A DNA stretch of 63,128 bases, counting the filler, from Saprolegnia diclina VS20 (lineage: Eukaryota): NCBI RefSeq assembly GCF_000281045.1. It is 5 parts of 2 records of this genome, joined end to end, with 100 filler letters (N's around TTAATTAATTAA, not from the genome) between each part and the next. Parts side by side here need not be neighbours in the genome. Positions count along the whole stretch, not along the records: positions 1 to 29,349 come from NW_008246070.1; positions 29,450 to 50,520 come from NW_008246070.1; 3 more parts are not named here. One strand, 5' to 3'. Made by a program: the position numbers and the translations under genes. The notes below the pieces were generated by a model. The model saw only the letters and a program-made list of their open reading frames with translations, made no database searches and was not told the DNA's origin. Below are positions 21,141 to 33,542 of this stretch, piece after piece (the stretch's first letter is position 1; the number at the start of each line of letters is the position of its first letter).

Positions 21141-23563
21141 TTAGGCTTCTATGTCGTACTTCATCACGAGCTCCATATCAAATGCACAGTCGTCGCCAAG
21201 CATGGTGGTCATCGCCCGCACGACCGCCTTGTGCGTCGCCTCGAGCTGCGATAGCCAGCGATTGCTGTAGCTCAAGCACAGTCGCGCGAGCCGCCGGGCG
21301 TTTTGGCTCGCGGTCGACGCGCGGTCAATGTCGCGCACGTGGAGCTGCTCGAGCGCAAGGTTGTTGTACGTCACCGCCACGAGACATAGTTTTTGGGCCG
21401 ACGCGCCGCCGGCGTCTTCGAGCTGCGCACTCTCGACTAGCTGGAGGATCTCGTGGAGAGCTTGGATGGCAGCGTCGTGGCGCTCGAGCCGCGAGAGGAG
21501 TGCCGCCATGTGTAGCTTGGCCTTGGCCACATGCGACCACTCGCCGAGCTTGACGTGTGTCCCATGGGCTTTGGCGCAGTACTTGAGACCCTACCCCCAG
21601 AAAAATGGTTGAAATAGTTTCAAAATATGCAAAATAGGTAGAAATAGCAGCAGTCCAATCGACGTACCGCGTGGGCTTTGCCGCGGCTGTAGTAGTAGTG
21701 TGCGTACGAGTCGGCGATAAATGCCACGAGTTCGGCGCGCGCGGGTCCAAGGAGCAGCGTCGAATCGTCGAGAAGCGCTTCCGTCTACCATCGCCACGAC
21801 ATGACCACAGGCTGCGCATCGCCTCAAACCTTCTTGATGAGTTGCAGTGCCACCGCGTGCTTCTTGGCGTCAATGTTGCGGCTCGCAAATGCGTTGCCTA
21901 GGCGTCATGAGGCAAGCGCTCCCACATACAAAATTTGCGATGGTACATGTGATGACGAGCTGTCGCCAGAGCTTGATGTCGATGTCATCGAGCATCTTGA
22001 AGTGGGTACGTAATCGCGCCATGAGCAGCGTCTCGACGACCGCAATGTACTTTTCGTGGGCACCACTCTACCCAAGAGATGTCGTAGTACGTTGTTCAAC
22101 GTCGCGTCGCAACCTGTTCAAGTTGCCGGAGGTCGTCGCAGAGCAAGTGCCGACACAAGACTGGCTCGCCCTCGAGGTAGGTGCGGTCGGGTGTTGGCTT
22201 GTGGCCCTCGAGCTCGGGGCCGGCCAGTGCACACCACGTCGCCAGCACGACGCCCGTGCCCGCAAACCAAATCGGGCGCGGGATTTTCGGTATGCAGAGT
22301 TTGACTTTGCCGTTCTCGAGTCGGTGGCTCGGCTCCCACGAGTCTTGTACCGCTCGGACGCGCGACCGGCGGTCCTCACACACCATTTTTGTCGTCCCTT
22401 CAGAGTGCTCAATCGGTGCCTTTGGATCGCAAAGGGGCGTCGGGGAGCCAGCGGGCTTTGTCGGAGAAACCCCATGTTTCTTGGTGTTGACGCTGGTGGC
22501 GTACAGGCTCAGAATTTGACGCGCGAGCTCGTTCTCCCAGACCTTGTCGTCATTCGTGTTCGGGTCCGTGTCTGGGAACGGCTCGAGCATTGCCAGTTGA
22601 TAGCCTTTCGGGGGCGACTTGGTTGGCTCCGGCATCGATGGCGCGATTTCAGCTGTCTTGTCGGCTCCATCGAGGGGCTCACGAGGGCTTGTCGGCGCGT
22701 GTGCGGTCGATAGCGCAGAGTCGCCGGTCGCGAGAGGGCGACGCGAAGCCTCCCAAAGCGGCTTTGGTGCGATCTTACCCGGGCGGTAATTCGTACTCGA
22801 CGTTGTTTGCTGCAAAATGCGTTTGGTTTGTTGCAGCAAGATCCACGTCCTCTTGTCCATATTGTAGGGCACTTTGGTCAAGTCCGTCCACGCCGCAGCT
22901 TCGTCCACCGGCGTCGGAGACTCGTCGGATGCCGCCTTGGCTCTTTCCGGTTTTTTCGCCGTTGCCGACTTGAGCTTGGGCTTCTCGAAAAGAGGGTTGT
23001 CGCGCAATCGAGACTCTTTCTCGGCGCGCTTGGCTCGCTTCGTCGTCGAGTGCGGGCGCACTTGGCGCTCGGCGACCGTTTGTTCTGGTCCCTCGTGCCG
23101 AGCGAGCACGAGCGGTCGGTCGCCAGGGTCGGCTGGTGCGGGATCAGTGGGCGGTGGCAAGACGTGGGCGTAGTTGAGACCGCTCTCACTGAGCGAGTGC
23201 GAGAGCAGCGAGTGCAGCCGGCCCTCAAAGATCGCCTCCTTCTTGGTCTTGTGGTGTTTTTGTTTCTGGGGTGGAAGCGAAAGCAGCCCGTTTGTCGCTA
23301 GTTTCTCGACCACTTGTTGAATGACGCGCTCGCGCTCGACGGCCAGCTGCGCTTGCTGCTCTCGCTGCAAATCCTATGGGTCGCTTGAGGAGAACCGAAA
23401 TCCCGACTGGACTACACTACGTAGTGGTACCTCGACAAGCTTGGTCACGGTTGCGACGGTGAGCTCTCTCGGCACGGATGGCTGCCGCGCGAGCCTACCA
23501 CAAAGCGGATCAGTGACCTCGCGCCGCGTCGCTGTCGGACCCTGGCAGCTTGGTCGCGTCCAT
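21141..23563 (-). CDS. Hypothetical protein with C-terminal TPR-like helices, multi-exon
   Basis: Spliced start MDATKLP-RLARQPSVPRELTVATVTKLVE-DLQREQQ joins ORF 22096-23370. C-terminal exon AKAKLHMAALLSRLERHDAAI...AVTYNNLALEQL is TPR-like. Confidence 0.7.
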
Positions 23564-23740
23564 GGCTATAAAAAGTCCCGATGAATTAGCCTATCAACGA
23601 AATGTCTCAATCGGACGTGCTTTTCTCGATACCGTCTCTTTTTCCGTTTTAAAAGCTCCAATTTGAGGCTGTGTCGATAAATTGCCACTGTCGAAGCTTG
23701 ACTGGGGTCGGTTGGCGCTAAATTTAAACGTGCGCGAAGC

Positions 23741-26355
23741 ATGACGGGCGACGCGCTGCCCGAGCCCGTCGTCATTACGATCGACGACTTTGATGAGGAC
23801 GCGAGCAGCGACGGCGAGCTGCTCAACAGTCCCCGGTCTCTCGAGGTACACGCCTCCTCCATCAACTGCTGACACCGCGGAGGGTAGGCGTGCTGCGAGG
23901 TGGGCGTGACACCGGCCGAGCTCCTTCGCCGACCGCTCTCGTACTTTGAGCGGCCCCACGACGCGGCCTCGTTGACGTTGAAACGAGCCGAGCGCTATGA
24001 GCGGCACCGCGAACAGCTTTTAGGCCAAGTGCGCGACGTGCGGCGAGCGCTGTTGCAGACGAAGAAGCTGTTGCCGTCGTCACCGGGCAAAAGCATGATC
24101 GTCGCGAGCCATTCGCTGAGCCCGTCCAAGAAGACCCGGATCTATGCGTCGTTGCCGACAGAGCATGCGACCAATGGCGGCATCTTTGAGTCGACCATGC
24201 TCGAGACCGAGCGCCGCCGCTTGGAGAAGATCCAGCAGCGCCAGCTCATGGAGATGCAGCAGCTCATGCACATGGAGATGAAGCGCGCCGAGATGGACGC
24301 CGCCATGCAGCAAGCTGCCGAGACGCGCAAGAAGCGAGACGAAGCCATCGAGCGGGACAAGGCGCGGCGCGCCAAAGACGCCGACGACGCACGCCGCCGC
24401 CGCGAGGCTGAAAAGGTAACATCCCTTCGCGCAAAGAACCGTTGTTCTAGCTTCCGCGTGTTTGGCAGGCGGCGCAGGAGGCCGACGCCATCTTGCAACA
24501 GAAGCGGCTCGCTCAAAAGGACTATGAAGAGACGCAGCGCCGCAAAGCCTTTGAAATCCAAGAGGCCAAAGCGCGCAAGGCGGAAGCGGCGCATCGCGAG
24601 CGTGAGCGGCAGCGCAAGCAAGACGAGCACCACGAAATGACCCAAGAGATTCTCACCGAACTCCAGCAGCAGGTACTTCTTGCTACCATGTCGTCGATCA
24701 GTTAGCATGCACAGTGTTTAGGCCATGGCGCGGACGCAAGACATGAACGTGCGCGAGCAACGGCGGCGCGAGAAGCTCGAGAAGGCGCGTGACGACCGCG
24801 CCCGGCAGGTGCACGAAAAGGCCCAGCGCAACAAAGCGCGCATTGAGCACGTCCTCAGTGACAAGGAGCGGCTGGCCGAGGAGCAACGCCTGGCCCTCGA
24901 GCGACGACAGGCCGAGAGCGAGCGCCGTCGCCAGCAGCACGAGCATGACATGCAGCTGCGCAAGCAGGAGCAAGCCGAGCTCGAAGAAGCGCGGCGCGTA
25001 CGCTTCAAAGATGTTGCTGCGTCTCACATTGCACTAGGCAATGGAGGCTGAGATTCGCGACAACCAGCGGCTCGCCGAAGAAGAGAGGCGGCGAAAGCTC
25101 CTGGATGCCGAGACCGAAGCCGAGTACCGACTACGCAAGCGCGAAGAAGCCAAGGAGCGCGAGCGCAAGGAAAAGCAAAAGGAAGACGAGCGCCGGCAAG
25201 ACGAGCGGGCCCGCGTCGCCGCACGCATGCGGGAGGTCGAGGAGGTCCGGGCCACCACCGTGCTGCACAAGACAGTGGAGAAGGGCCGGCGAACCGAAAC
25301 CGTACGAGATGCCAATCAAGCCGTATCTCATTGCACGCTGTAGGTCCAGGAGAAGCGCCGGGCCGAGCTCCGCAACAAGCTCGAGGACGCAAAGCTCCGG
25401 GAAGAAGAGATTGCACGCGCGCTGGAGCGACAAGCCCGAAAAGACGTACGACGACGGCGACAGTATTCTCGATAGTCGACTCATGTGCCCTTAGGACTAC
25501 CACCGTAGTCTTCTCCAAGCCAAGCTCCAAGCCGACCACGAACGCGCCGAGGCGCTGCGACGACAGAAGAACACACTTCTCAAGCAGCGCCAAATCGCAC
25601 AGCAAAAAGCAAACGTGCAGCGACACGAGATCCTCGATAGCTTCCACCGCATGAAGGTTTATGGAGATAGAATAAGGCGAGGGATGTACAAGTTGTTGAT
25701 TAGGTCACCAAGAAATTCGACCTGAGTAAACTCGCGTCCAAGAACGGCATCGACCTCTCCGTGCACCAGAGCCAGAGAGTACCGACAACAACCAGTGACG
25801 ACATTGTCAAGTCGCTCGATGGCCGACCACCAAGTGCCAGCGCACCCAACCGGATACCGGTGCGGCCCAAGCGACCCGCCACTGCCAAGGCGCGCAAGCC
25901 CCCGCCGGCTACGGCCTCGTCGACCTGTCGGGAGCGGTAGCTAGTCGATTTCATCGAGGTCGTTGGTGTCAGCTCGTGGACGTAGGTATATCAGCCGCCG
26001 CATCTCGCGGTACCCGCGGCACGAAGCTGCCGCGCCGTCGTCACCGCCGCCGATCACGAGCGTGCCGCTGGAAGTCTCCAACGAAGACGCAGTCCGCGAT
26101 CAACTCGACCAGTTTCGTCGGCGGCAGAACCAAGAGCTGCTCCACGTGCTCGAGGAAGAGCAAGCGGCGGAGGAGCAGCGCGAGATCATCTTGCGCAACG
26201 CGGCCGACGCGTCCGAGCGCCGGCGACTCGAACGAATCTTTGGTGTCGAGCGCAACATGGCAAGCGAACGCATCATGCGCCTCACCGAAGAACACGAGAT
26301 CATGTTCACACAGCGCATGGCCGACCTCAACGTCCACTGCTCCTCGAGTAGCTAG
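23741..26355 (+). CDS. CCDC177-like long coiled-coil protein, multi-exon
   Basis: N-terminal LNSPRSLE-ACCEVGVTPAELL resembles the CCDC177 LTSPRSLEAC motif, followed by E/R/Q/K-rich coiled coil over several short-intron exons; last exon ends LNVHCSSSS. Confidence 0.7.
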
Positions 26356-26774
26356 CTAGCTAGTTGTACATACAAACCACGCTCTTCTTCCAGCAGCCAA
26401 AACTCGTCACCACGCAGCACGATCAAGTAGTATAATCTGTCGTGGGGAAGCTAAAACAGTGCCTACTAGTGCATTGCTGTGTAGACAAAAGAGTTGAGCC
26501 ACCATAGGGCTCGGGGTGGAAGGTGCAGGACCCAAATCGTTGCAGTTTACTAGTACGGGTACCGGCGCTCTGGCGGTGCACCAAACACCACCCGATGACG
26601 ACGCTGCAAGTCTCTTACTTGACGACAAACAAGGAGCTTGAGACGGAGCTCAACCACGCGATTGGTCCCGCTGGTTCGTACGCACGTAGTTTATATTAAA
26701 AGGGATACAGCACTTACTACGCTAGACAGAGACGATGACGATAGTGTTGGTCGTGAAGTGGATGGAAATACGTC

Positions 26775-29283
26775 TTATTGCACGCCATTGGTCGCAACAA
26801 ACTGCGAAAAGAGCTGCGTTTTCACAAACACTTGGTAGAACGCCGCGTCCGTCCCGTCCCGGTGCTTGAGAAACCCGACGTTGTCAAAGACGACCATGCT
26901 GTCGACCTCGTCCGAGAGCGGGAAGCTAAACTCTTCCATGTCGGCCATCATGTCGGTCCACGTCTCGCGGAAGAGTGCTCGGACCGCGTCCTGCGGAAAC
27001 GGTCGCGGCGTCGGCGGCGCCAGTGTGTCGGCAAACGCCACACTCGGCATCCAGAGCTCGGCGAGTTTGGCCGCGAGGCCGTGCCGCACGGCGGGAGGCA
27101 GCTCCATGGGCGCGTTGGCCACCTCGTGCGTATCCAAGTGCACGAGCACAACGTCGTCTTCGTCGTCCGAGGTTTTCAAGAGCGCATGCACCGAGTCGAG
27201 CTGCGAGGCGTGGACGCCAAAGAGGTACGGCGTCGGGCAGTGAAGGCACTCGAGCATACCGGGCGGCAAGAGCGGTGCGTACACATGGGGCCATTGCAGC
27301 GGCGCGAGGAGCGATTTACAGGCCTCCGCGACCGTCGTGAGCACCGAGACGTGCGACGAGACGAGCACGATCTTGCGCTCGAGCAAGAGGCTCGCAAACA
27401 GTCGTAAGATCGCATCGATGTGCAGGCACAAAAAGAGCGGCTGCATCGAAAAGTCGACCGCGTGGCTCACCGGGAACGGCGCCGGCGTCGACGGCACCGG
27501 AGCGGTCAGTGCGGCGACATGGCGGCTGCTCCACGCAAAGTCAAGGTCGTTGTAGCTCGGGTCCGTGAGCACATCGTCGTGCAATGTTGTGAGGCGGCGC
27601 CGCAGCGTCTCAAAGAGCGGGTACCGACTCAGAACGCAGATCCCCGCGGCGACGTAGACGCGAAGACTCTTTTGTTCAAGAAGCACGGCCTCGAGCGGGC
27701 TCAAGTACTCGGACGCCGTCACGGGCACGTAGCGCGTGAGGCACACCATGTAGAACGGCCGCTCGGTGCTGCCCACGACAACGTGCACCAGCGACGGCGG
27801 CGGCGGTGACGTTGACCGAATTGTGGCCGCCGACGGGCACAGAAAGCTCTCCAAGTGGTCGGGCAGTGTGTGGTGGTGTGCCACCGACTCGTCTTGCGGG
27901 TAGACGTTGGCGAGCGCGTAGAGGACCGTTTGGTTGAACCGGCCGCGCGTCGCGAGGTTGCTCGCAAAGGAGAGGACGCCCGAGATGCAGTGCGGCGCGC
28001 CGCCGACCTTGTGCAGCGCAAACGACGTTAAGCGCGGTCGCTGCGGCTGGTGCGAGATGACGTTCATACAGTGGAAGAGCTCTGGTAAGCTCGTCGTGCT
28101 CGAGTCGGACGACGACCCGGAGCTGCTTCCGTGGCTGCTGCGCGACTCTTTGAGCGTAGCCACCGCGAGGGAGTTGTTGGACGGACTCAACAGGCGGTGC
28201 TGGAACGACTGCAGCATCGACTGGAACGACTTGGACTGGAGAAACCGCACAAAGTGGTTCATCTGGAGGTCATCCTTGACATAGCACAGGATCGAGCGCA
28301 GCGTGAGGCCTGCTTGCTGCACTTGGGTCGCACTCAAGAGCGTATCGAGCGACCACGAACCAATGTGGTGCTCAAGCACGTCAAAGAGCGACCGCTCGCC
28401 TTCGCAGAGCACGTGGACTTCGGCGGTGGCATGCGGTGCCATGTACTTCTTCCACAGCACCCTTCCCAGGTGCACGATGGCCCGCGAGTGGTCAATGTCG
28501 AGGCGGCTGCTGCTACTGCCATCGATACTGCGGCGGGACGCATCGTCGTCGTTGTCGTTGGCACCACCGCCCTGAAGGTACTCGTCCATGAGCGGTAGAA
28601 GCCGCATCGTCGCCTCCATCCAGAAACTCAGCGGACCGTGGCTGCGCTCCTTGAAGAGGAAGACCCAAAAGACGCAACAGAGACGGCGGTTGGAGAGCAC
28701 GCGCTCGAGCGTAAAGTTGGCCTTGGTGTGGTCGACCTCGACGTCGTGGAGGCTCGTTGCGACCGTCGTGTCGATCATCGAGACCTTGACTTGCAAGAGC
28801 GCGCGGCCCTCGGCCGTGAGCCGAAAGGCCTCGAGGCTCGGCTCCAAGGCGGCAACCACGGCCTTCTGAACATCCAGAAAGAGGTCGGCGTCGGAGCTCA
28901 AGCCCGAGCACATGCTCAGGTCGTTCTTGAGAAACGTGCCATAGGTGGCAATCGGCTGGTCCTGGACGCGAAATCTGTCGTCGCCAATGTGGAAGAACGA
29001 GTCGTCGCTCATGTACTTGGCGATGATCTTCTTGGCGTAGCTGCCGCGGAGGCTCGACGGACTGGTCGGACTCGCGGTCGGCGCGGCGCTAAAGAGCTTC
29101 TTGAACTCGTCGACGCTGACGCTATTCCATGGCGTTAGCCGCCCATCGCGTCCATGGCTCGACGTACAGGAAGAGGAGCCGCGAGAAGTTGACCGTGTCA
29201 TGCACCGAGAGGTACTTGAGGAAGACCGAGTGCATGTGCGGGTCATGCACGACCTCTTGGACCGTCAGGCCGTGCGATGGCAT
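26775..29283 (-). CDS. Tandem RGS-like domains fused to a DENN (Rab GEF) module; 5' end may extend into the gap
   Basis: RGS1: LTVQEVVHDPHMHSVFLKYL...LLFLVSVDEFKK...AKKIIAKYM...LFLDVQKAV (after one short intron near 29123-29167). RGS2: FTLERVLSNRRLCCVFWVFLFKERSHGPLSFWMEA...HFVRFLQS. DENN: ICVLSRYP, LLLERKIVLVS, LLAPLQWPHVYAPLLP, CPTPYLFGV, FYQVFVKTQLFSQF. Confidence 0.82.
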
Positions 29284-29349
29284 GCTGCGTCGGCGGCTGA
29301 AACCAAAATGCAAGCCAACCACGGACAGGATTTTGACCAATCACAGCGC

Positions 29350-29449
29350 NNNNNNNNNNNNNNNNNNNNNNNNNNNNNNNNNNNNNNNNNNNNTTAATTA
29401 ATTAANNNNNNNNNNNNNNNNNNNNNNNNNNNNNNNNNNNNNNNNNNNN
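29350..29449. other. Assembly gap with six-frame stop linker TTAATTAATTAA
   Basis: 100-nt N-run with embedded linker; same structure at 50521-50620, 57851-57950 and 61643-61742. Plain N gaps at 48892-48991, 51882-52607, 58637-59634, 60101-60200 and 61052-61151. Confidence 0.98.
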
Positions 29450-30074
29450 GCTGTCGCAGCCATAACCGTCAAGTCGACTGACTGCCCGCCAGAGCTCTTG
29501 TGCTGCGGTCACTTATGTACAATTGTACGGTATTGTTGATGACACGGTGTTCTAGCTTGCGACACATGCGACACACGATGCAGCACGCTGGTGTGGGCGT
29601 GCTTCAAGCAGAAAACGTGCACCGTGGGCGTGGGCGCAGAGCCGTAGAGCCGTTATACTAAACCCGTCATTACCGATGGCCGCATTGATGCTATCTGGCG
29701 ACACTGCCATCAAAACCCAAGGCGCTGAGAAGCAAAAACCAACCTCACCAAGCTCTACCACACGAGCTGCGTGCATTGAAATCATATGTTTTCGGCCGAC
29801 GATCTTGGTCGATCTCAGCCAAACGATGAGTCTCAGTGGATCGAAGTGTCTCCACGGTACTCGTGCCCGCACAAACCGTGCTTGTTGTTACCGGTAGAAC
29901 AACGCCACACCATATATACAATCATCATGGGGTGGCAACTGGGAGCTTCAACGGGCCGCGTCGTTGCCGTTGGTGCGTTGGTCGATGCCATGGATATCCT
30001 GGCAGTGCGTAACGACAGTCGCTACAGTAATCGCACCCGCCACCTACCTTCGACTCGTATTTCATCGCTACTCT

Positions 30075-30090
30075 GCTCACTTTTACTTTT
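30075..30090 (+). promoter_or_regulatory. Oomycete INR+FPR element
   Basis: GCTCACTTTTACTTTT, 13 nt upstream of the ATG at 30104. Confidence 0.65.
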
Positions 30091-30103
30091 GCGTTTGTTC
30101 GCC

Positions 30104-32259
30104 ATGTGTGGTATCGTAGCCTACTTGGACCTGAACGGCGGAACCGCTCCCGTGGACTTGACCGCTGCTCTCGACCTGCTCCACCACCGCGGGCCCGACG
30201 GTCAAGGCGTTTGGCATGACGCGTCCGTTGGTCTTGGGCACGTGCGTCTCTCGATCATGGATGTGGCGCACGGTCAGCAGCCGCTGCATGCGGGCGGTGT
30301 GCACGCGGTCGTGAATGGCGAGTTCTACGAGTTTGAAGCGATTCGCGACGACCTCTGCGCGCGCGGTCACGTCTTTTCAACGCAAAGCGACTCGGAGATC
30401 CTCGTGCATCTCTACAATGAGTATGGCGTCAACTGCGTCGACCACCTCCTTGGCGAGTTTGCCTTTGTGCTCTGGGACGCCAACTTGCAGCGGCTTTTGG
30501 TTGGTCGCGACCGGCACGGGATCAAGCCTCTCTTCTACACGCAGTTTGACAACAAACTCGTGATTGCGAGCGAGACCAAGGCGTTTCTTGGACTTGGGTG
30601 GCAGCCGCAATGGGACGTCCACTCGATCGTCAACAGTGGGCACTATGCGGACGACCGCACGATTTTCAAGGGCGTTTCCAAGATCCCGCCGGGGCAAATT
30701 CTCTCGGCGACGCCGTCCGGTTCCATCAAGCTCGAGCGCTACTTTAGCCCGTCGTTCCCCGACCGCAACATCGAGGATCCGCGCTCGATCGACGAAATGG
30801 TCGATGGCGTCCGGACGCGCCTCGTCGACGCCGTGCGCGCGCGACTCCGCAGCGATGTACCCGTGGCCGTCTACCTCAGGTGCATCTCTCAGTAGATGCT
30901 GCATCTAATCTTTGTCCCTAGCGGCGGCATTGACTCGTCTGCGGTTCTTGGTGTTGCCTCGAGCATCTTGCGCGAGACCGATCCTGATGCACGCATGGAC
31001 GTCTTTACGATCGCGTTCTCGGACAAGGTGCGATGACGTGACCTCGTCACCTATCTATAGCGTTGCGTCATTGTGACAGATACACCTCACATTGCCTTTG
31101 TGCGTACATTAGGAAATCGATGGCGTCAAGTACGATGAGAGCGACGTCGCGGCACGTACGGCCGAGTTTGTGCAAGCCAACTCGCACGTGCTCCACATCA
31201 CGCAAGAGGATCTCACCGGTGCCTTCGAAGACGCCGTGTGGCACTGGGAGGCCGCAATGAACGACTTTAACGGCGCGGCCAAGTTCTTGCTCTCTCGTTA
31301 CGTCCGCGACGCGGGCTACAAGGTTGTGCTCACCGGTCTGTGATGGCATTGTGCTTCTTGGATGACAACGATGGCTTATGCGTGGTCTAGGCGAGGGTTC
31401 GGACGAGCATTTTGCCGGCTACACCATGTTCTACCCCGATCTCTTCCGCATGGACACGGCGCCGCCCGCGATCCCGCGCCCGATGAGGGAGAAGATCCTC
31501 GCGACGATCGAGTCGGCCGATGAAAAGATGTGGAGCGGCGTCGGAAGTCTCCAATTTTCGTACACGGACTGCGGCAAGGAGCGCGCGCTTCTGAGCGGTC
31601 TCAGCATCCATCGTATGCTGGCGACGATCGCGGGGCTGCCCGCGGATTTGTACAAGGCTCCACTCAACGCGATCTCGAACCCGACGCAAGCGTTTGCCGC
31701 CGTGCTTTCCGCCGAGGAGCGCAAGCTCGCAGCAACCACGTGGCACCCGCTGCACACCGCGTTGTGCCTCGAGACGCGCTGTGTGCTGCCCAACATGCTC
31801 TGCAACCAGCTCGGCGACCGGAGCGAAATGGCGCACTCGATCGAGGGCCGCGTGCCGTTCTTGGACCACCGGCTCACGACGTACGTCAATGCCTTGCCGC
31901 CCCAAGTGAAGCTCCACGTTGACCCGATGACGGGCAAAATCACTGAAAAGTGGATTTTGCGCCAAGCCATGCGTCCGTTTATCACAGATGAGCTCTACAC
32001 GATTGCCAAGAAGCCGTTCTTTGCACCGCCTGCCCAGTTTGACCCGGACTGCGTCCAATGGCAGTTCCTGAGCCACCACATCACGCGCGAGGCCGTCGAG
32101 AACCTCGGCTGGATGAACTGGGCGTTCGTCGAGCAAACGATCGCCGACTACAAGGGCGACAACGTCCGCCGCGCGCAAAACATTCTCAACGTCGTCGCGT
32201 CGTTCATCGTGCTGAGCCAAAAGTTTGACATTCCGACGTACGTTCCGCCGTCGCAGTGA
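30104..32259 (+). CDS. asnB: Asparagine synthetase B-family glutamine amidotransferase, 4 exons
   Basis: N-terminal MCGI (Ntn Cys), HHRGPDG, HVRLSIMD, NGEFY, SDSEI, RDRHGIKPLFY. Splicing restores YLS-GGIDSS and VVLT-GEGSDEHFAGY. Also GDRSEMAHSIEGRVPFLDH and EKWILR. Confidence 0.92.
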
Positions 32260-32480
32260 CCGATTTTGGAACAGGACGCATTTTGAAGTGTCGCTTGGCG
32301 TTTTACATTAAACTACGAATACGCAGCATTGCGCGGTGCTGCCAATAACGGGAAAACGACTTGATTCAAGTTGGACAAAGTATGCACACAACAGGTTCTC
32401 GACTTTAGACGGCTAGTCACATGCTCGGTTTCAAGTCCAGCTGCAAGCAGGCAACTTGTTCACATCCATAAATCGTCGCC

Positions 32481-33542
32481 CTAGAGCACGGCGCGGCACG
32501 TGGGGCAGTTAACAACCGCTTCCCGGCGGGTGCAGGACGCCTTCCATTCCGCCAGACACGCCGTGTGGATCTCGTGGCGACAGGGCTGGACGCGTTCCGT
32601 GGGTCCCGCGCACAGAGCTTCGCAGCACACGGCGCACTCGTCACTGCCGTCGTTGCGTCGCACGGAAAAGACAAGGCTGAGCCAGGGCACCCGCCGACTC
32701 TTCTCGTCAAACGCGACATACTCGTCGCCATCAACGACTGCCCACGGACTGCTCAAATGCATGCGCGATGGATGCTGCACGCCTTCAAAGCGCCAGAGGC
32801 ACTTAAAGAAGCCTACACTGCGGGGCACGACCCACGAGGCGCACATCGGGCACGCCACTTGGTGCTGGAGCAAGTTGAACGGCGCAAACTTTCGAGGCAC
32901 AATGACCCACTCGCGGTTCGCCACGCACGTCGTGTTGGTACAGACGCCATGGACGTTCAAGCCCGTGCAAAAGCGCCGCCACGCCGGCGCCGACGGGCTC
33001 TGCAGCAGCGCGCTGCACAGCGCCTCGTTGGACACGTCGACAAACTCGGCCGCGGCGCCGCCACCGCGCAACGAGAGCTCGGCCACCAGCGTCATGTCGT
33101 TGCACAGATCATAGCTGCCGACCGTGCGCAGGTCCAAGAGCGTGCGGCGGCGCAGCGTCAGGCGCTGAAACGGGCAGCGGGAGACCGCGCGGATCCGGGC
33201 CTTGAGCGCTGCGATCGTCTCGTCCGGATGCGCCTGGAGACTCAAGTGGCCCGTTGGAAGCGCAACGAAAAGCGTCAAGGACGCTGGCGACGAAGCAAAC
33301 ACAAACACCCAGCGCGGGCTGCTCGTGCGAAGGGCCGGGAGGTACGGGTGCAGCGACTCGGTCGCGTGCAAGCTCTGACCATACAGCTTGAGCGCCGACA
33401 ACGTGCCGGAGCCAAGGCTCAGAGACGCTTCGAGGTGTTGCGCAACGTCACCGACTGTCCGAATGGTACCTAGCGTCTCGGGCGGCAGCGAGACCGTGCG
33501 ATGGATGCGCTTCGCGGCACCGTCGACGCAAAGCACGTCCAT
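32481..33542 (-). CDS. Ubiquitin-like (LRGG) + Cys-rich domain + RING-H2 protein, paralog 1
   Basis: LTLFVALPTG...ETIAALKARI...TVGSYDL...LSLRGG; WRRFCTGLNVHGVCTNTTC...CPMC...FKCLWRFEG; RING CAVC...CRHEIHTAC...CPTCR. Confidence 0.82.
   Translation of the reverse strand: MDVLCVDGAAKRIHRTVSLPPETLGTIRTVGDVAQHLEASLSLGSGTLSALKLYGQSLHATESLHPYLPALRTSSPRWVFVFASSPASLTLFVALPTGHLSLQAHPDETIAALKARIRAVSRCPFQRLTLRRRTLLDLRTVGSYDLCNDMTLVAELSLRGGGAAAEFVDVSNEALCSALLQSPSAPAWRRFCTGLNVHGVCTNTTCVANREWVIVPRKFAPFNLLQHQVACPMCASWVVPRSVGFFKCLWRFEGVQHPSRMHLSSPWAVVDGDEYVAFDEKSRRVPWLSLVFSVRRNDGSDECAVCCEALCAGPTERVQPCRHEIHTACLAEWKASCTRREAVVNCPTCRAVL

Noticed and set aside
29394..29405. TTAATTAATTAA motif repeated four times in the window
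   Set aside because: Always centred in a 100-nt N-run. It is an artificial six-frame stop linker, not a biological repeat, and it produces the spurious LIN ORF ends.
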